From assembly GCF_963921235.1 (NCBI RefSeq), contig NC_086109.1, positions 15,130,001 to 15,194,000 on the forward strand: DNA of 64,000 nucleotides, written 5' to 3'. A model generated the notes under the pieces. That model saw nothing but the letters and a program-made list of their open reading frames with translations, made no database searches and was not told where the DNA came from. Shown one piece after another: positions 60,240 through 64,000 of the stretch (the stretch's first letter is position 1; the number at the start of each line of letters is the position of its first letter). The stretch is from Mobula hypostoma. Its lineage: Eukaryota. Both the position numbers and the translations under genes were made by a program.

Positions 60240-60965
60240 ACTTTCCTTTCCCCTCTCCTCGCTCCCCCACGCCGGGGCCGCCATTTTCTCTCTCCCCCTC
60301 CCCAACTCCCCGCAATTTTCGGAAGTCGCCCGGGCGAGCGGTGCTGACGCCGAAACGGGCGCACGGCAGGAGACGAGGCGGACTGAACGAAGTGGAAAGC
60401 GGGCTGCAGGAACGACGGCGATCACGAACGGAGGAAAAGGTGGGAGGGGGAGAAGAGAAAGAAAAGCGAACTGTTTGGCGCCAACCTCCACCTCCCTCTC
60501 TCTCGTTAACTCCACACCTTCTCCGCCCCCTCCCCTCACCATTCAAACCTGGGGTCTACCAGCCACATCACTGCCTGCTTCCCCGGCTCATTCCCATTCC
60601 CTGACCAAATCTAGCTCTCAGCCTGTTGGCAGCAATTTGCCGGACTTACCCCGCGCTTTTGCCCCTCTGATTGGCTCCGGTATTAAACACAATGCCCCGG
60701 CGGCGAATAGGAACGCAGCAGCACAAAATGGCGACCAACGGCGAGCAAGCCTTCTCCTTCGTGAAACCGTTTGGTGCGCATGCCCGCTCCGAACCGGCGG
60801 GACGATGGCACTACGCCTGCGCGCCCTCTCCGAGCCTCCGGGGGAGCTGCAGTCGGAAGGGGGACAATTGTAGGCATGCGCAGACACCATTGGCGTCACG
60901 TGATTTCTCCCTGAAGCCCAACGTTGGCTACCGATATTGGAAAGTGAGTTACCCGCCTGAGGTTG
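60240..60965. promoter_or_regulatory. CpG-island promoter of NFYA with CCAAT, E-box, NRF1, YY1 and ETS motifs
   Basis: By far the most CpG-dense stretch of the window. ATTGG at 60670, 60889 and 60936; GTCACGTGA at 60895-60903; TGCGCATGC at 60775 and GCATGCGCA at 60874; GCCGCCATTTT at 60277 and AAAATGGCG at 60725; CGGAAGT at 60320. Confidence 0.85.
60650..60780 (-). other. NFYA: NFYA non-coding exon 1 (3' end at 60650; upper boundary/TSS approximate)
   Basis: Perfect donor GGG|gtaagt (intron starts at 60649) inside the CpG island. The exon contains GGAGCCAATCAG, similar to the human NFYA 5'UTR as recalled. A second possible donor ATG|gtgagg ends an exon at 60540. Confidence 0.7.
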
Positions 60966-61089
60966 GGCAGCAGGTGGAGGAAGTTATTTAATATTTTCCC
61001 ATTGATAACTTTTAACCAGAACTTCTTTCCTGGAAATGCCACTCTTAGTTTGAATTTGGCCTCCTTTAATGAAGCTTAAACTTCGGTTA

Positions 61090-61321
61090 TGGTGCCTTCT
61101 ATCCACCTATCATCTCCCAGTTTCTTTCTTCACTCTCCCTTCCCCACCTCACCTGGCTTCACCTATCGTCTTCCAGCTTACACTTCTTCCCCTCCCTCTG
61201 CCTTCTTATTCTGGCTTCTTCGTCCTTCTTTTCCCGTGTTAATAAAGGGTCTCAGCCAAAATTTCGGCTCTTTATTCCTTTCCATAGATGCTACTTAAAT
61301 TCCTCCAGCATTTTGTGTGTG
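61090..61321 (+). mobile_element. Penelope-derived terminal fragment
   Basis: Pyrimidine-rich segment, then AAAGGGTCTCAGCCAAAATTTCG and CCAGCATTTTGTGTG; inverse of the 98-330 segment. Confidence 0.7.
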
Positions 61322-62144
61322 CCCTGTGGTCCTGCTGGGCATACTAGCCTTCTAGACTTAGTGTGGGGTTCAGATGGCCATTTTAATTTCTGTTTTCTAT
61401 TTGTCCCTCAATTGCTTTTCTTTCTAGTAATTTTAGATAAGCAAGTCGTTATTATCCCTCCCACCATTGGTGCCACCTCCAAATTGTCCTGTTTCAGTAA
61501 TTTTAATTTCATTTTAACCTATTGCATTTCATCCCTCCCCCACCCAAAATTCCCTCTGCATTTTTTTCAACATGTTTTATCATTAACATTTCTAAATTAT
61601 GATCTGAAACAGCAACTTTCCTTTTCTCCTCACAGGTGCTGTCAGATTTGCTGCATATTTCCAGCATTCCTGTATAGATAATGGAAATGTTCAAACTATT
61701 AATGAGGAAAATTGCATTTTGGGATGCTGAAATCCTTCCTTATAGGCAAAAAATAACGAGTGGTTATCCATCAGGGTCTGATAAGCCCACTAATGCCAGA
61801 GGCTTCTCACTCTGTACTGTGCAATCAGATCATATACATTTTTCCCATTGAATTAATTACATTGAATCACCTCAAACCTTTAACAAAATGACTGATTACT
61901 CATCTTAGATGGAAGACAAACCTATTATCTTCAGTTTGAAAATTGAGAATATTACTCAAGTGAAAACTGGTTGTTCACCATGATAGAGATGCTGAGGTAA
62001 TTAATCACTTTTGAAACTATCTCGCGTCCTAATACCAAGGTCCTATATTGCTGTTGTTTTATCCGTAGATAGAAAATGGAGCTTGCAAGAACTCCATTTT
62101 GTTGGGTTGTATCTTTGATTTCCATCTGATAGCTTTTGGATTTT

Positions 62145-63260
62145 TGCCAAATGGCCTAATTCTGCTCCTCTGTCTTATGGTCTAATAAAGGTTATGGGGA
62201 AAAGGCAGGAGATTGGGGCTGAGAAGGGAAATGGATCCGCCGTGATGAAATGTCAGAGCAGACTCAATAGGCCAAATGGCCTAATTCTGCTCCTATGTCT
62301 TATGATCTTAATAAGTCACCTGGACCAAATGGATGCTGAAAGAGGTAGATGAAGAAATTATGAAAATATTAATAGTGATCTTTCAAGAACTTTCTTCTGG
62401 AATCATTCCGGAAGACTGGAAAATCATAACTGTCACTGTTGTTGCCAATTAACTGGACTCTTTAAAAACTTGCAATCATTCCACAATTACGTTTTATGTA
62501 CTTGTGCACAAGGAGAACAACTTAGGTTCTGTCATCAAACTGTTCTAAAATTTGAACAAAGACTGATATTTTTACACAGCAATTCACTATTTGGATACAG
62601 ATATCAACCAACTGAATGATCAAATTCCTTAATTTGCAAAGGCTATGATAATACAGGTATTAATAGCCAATAGAAACTCCACACCAAAGGCCAATAATAC
62701 CTAAGAATTAGTAGAGTAACTGAACAATGATAGGTCTCACCCAGAATCCATCTTTTGCATCCTTGTCTCAGTATGTCAAATGGCTCCAGGCTGCTGCTGT
62801 GCAAAGGGAAACTGGGTTCTTTAAAGACCTTTCTTTCCTGGGCTGACTGCACACTATCTATAAACTTTCCTTGCCTGTACACTACTTTAACCCTTGCCTT
62901 GCTGCAACTTCCACACCGTCCAATCTTTAAGAAGGGAGGGAAGCAAAAGATAGGAAGTTAAGAGTTCATTATTAAGGATGAGGTTGCAGGGTACTTGGAG
63001 GCACATGATAAAATAGGCTGAATTCACTGTGGTTTCCTTAAGGGGAAATCTTGCTGGACAAATCTGTTGGAATTCTTTGAGGAAATAACAGGCGGGGTAG
63101 ACAAAGGTGATTCAGTTAATGTTGTTCACTTGGATTTTCAGAAGTCATTTGACAAGTTGCCACACATGAGGCTGCTAAACAAGACAGGAATCCATGACAT
63201 TAAAGGAAAGATATGAGCATGGACGGAAGACTGGCTGTCTGGCAGAAGACAGATTGGGAA
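62145..63260 (+). mobile_element. CR1 fragments (duplicated tail 62145-62310; RT fragment 62311-62437 continuing at 62920-63260)
   Basis: IPEDWKI..VT|PIFKKG, GKSCWTNLLEFFEEIT and LDFQKSFDKLPH remnants. Confidence 0.8.
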
Positions 63261-63339
63261 TAAATAGCTCTACGAAGAGGTATTTCTCGCAGGTTGGCAG
63301 CGATTATTTAAAAAGAGAGCTTCACAGGCATTTCTCCAT

Positions 63340-64000
63340 TATACGGGGCCTATCAGCGGCGCCAACAGAGCTCTGCGAACTAAATAAAAGTACAGAAGGG
63401 ATAAGCGGAGCGGCCATTGTTGGGAGTAGGCCAGTGGCGAGAGTAGAAGTGACAGGTTTTGACTCAAGAGACTTTGGCTCGGAAGAGGCGTCGGCTCTGT
63501 GTAAAGCACCTGTTAAGGTTTCCTTTTTATCTCTCACTTACTGTACCATTTAAATGGCTGTGGTATGTTCTTCATGCTAGATGTTGGAGAACTGCGAGAC
63601 CCAGAGTCTCCCGTGGAATGACATCTACATGAAGTGCATCTGGCTGCAGCTCCTTGAAGACCATGTTAAGGATCTGGAGCAGCAACTGGATGACCTTTGG
63701 CTTGTGCGAGAGAGTGAGGAGATAATTGATCAAAGTTACAGGGAAGTAGTCTCCCTGGAGTTGCAGGAGGCGAGTAGCTGAGTGACTGTCAGGAGAAATG
63801 GAAATAGGCAGTTAGAGCAGAGCATCCCTGTGGCCATTCCCCTCAAAAACAAGTATACCGCTTTGAATACATTTGTGGGGGATGACCTCATGGGAGAATG
63901 TCATGGGGACGGGGTTACAGGCACTGAGCGTGGTGAAGAAGGGAGCAGTAGTGTTAGGGTACTCAATAGAGAGGGGAACAGACAGGAGATTTGGTGGATG
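63340..64000 (+). mobile_element. CR1 LINE 5' end/ORF1 (runs off window)
   Basis: CSSC..CIWLQLLEDHVKDLEQQLDDL zinc-finger/coiled-coil, IPLKNKYTAL and VVLGYSIE esterase start. Confidence 0.8.

Noticed and set aside
59760..60991. Cluster of 60-144 aa ORFs on both strands, including one with AAAATGGCG (MATNGEQ...)
   Set aside because: Expected in a GC-rich CpG island with few stops. No recognisable domain, and the ATG context is equally a YY1 motif.
61615..61670. Strong + strand acceptor (cttttctcctcacag) that might be exon 2 of a divergent gene
   Set aside because: It lies in a decayed Penelope-type terminal motif and no recognisable coding sequence follows.

Overview
Eukaryotic, AT-rich, repeat-dense vertebrate DNA. 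The repeat content (CR1, V-SINE/HE1-like SINEs, abundant Penelope-derived palindromic repeats) and the NFYA structure point to a cartilaginous fish, probably a ray (inference). Two spliced genes converge tail-to-tail. (1) The last four coding exons of a RAB21-like small GTPase on + (2438-13324; earlier exons lie upstream of the window). (2) A complete NFYA gene on - (non-coding exon 1 in a CpG island near 60.65 kb; 8 coding exons from 43965 down to 21986; about 311 aa; no recognisable exon 3). Almost every ORF in the supplied track is spurious or a decayed transposon fragment (CR1, Rex1/Babar-type, RTE, Penelope, hAT/Buster). Main leads: the RAB21-like gene may be a retained whole-genome-duplication paralogue rather than RAB21 itself; a candidate 43-nt NFYA cassette exon would change the C-terminus; a very young perfect 187-bp Penelope-derived palindrome with a 14-bp TSD and a minimal hammerhead-ribozyme core sits in NFYA intron 1; NFYA exon 7 has a 146-nt AG-free tract and three in-frame acceptors; and the NFYA promoter is CCAAT-rich and probably bidirectional. 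No wholly new biological system can be claimed from sequence alone. Comparisons to human proteins and gene positions are from memory, not from database searches.
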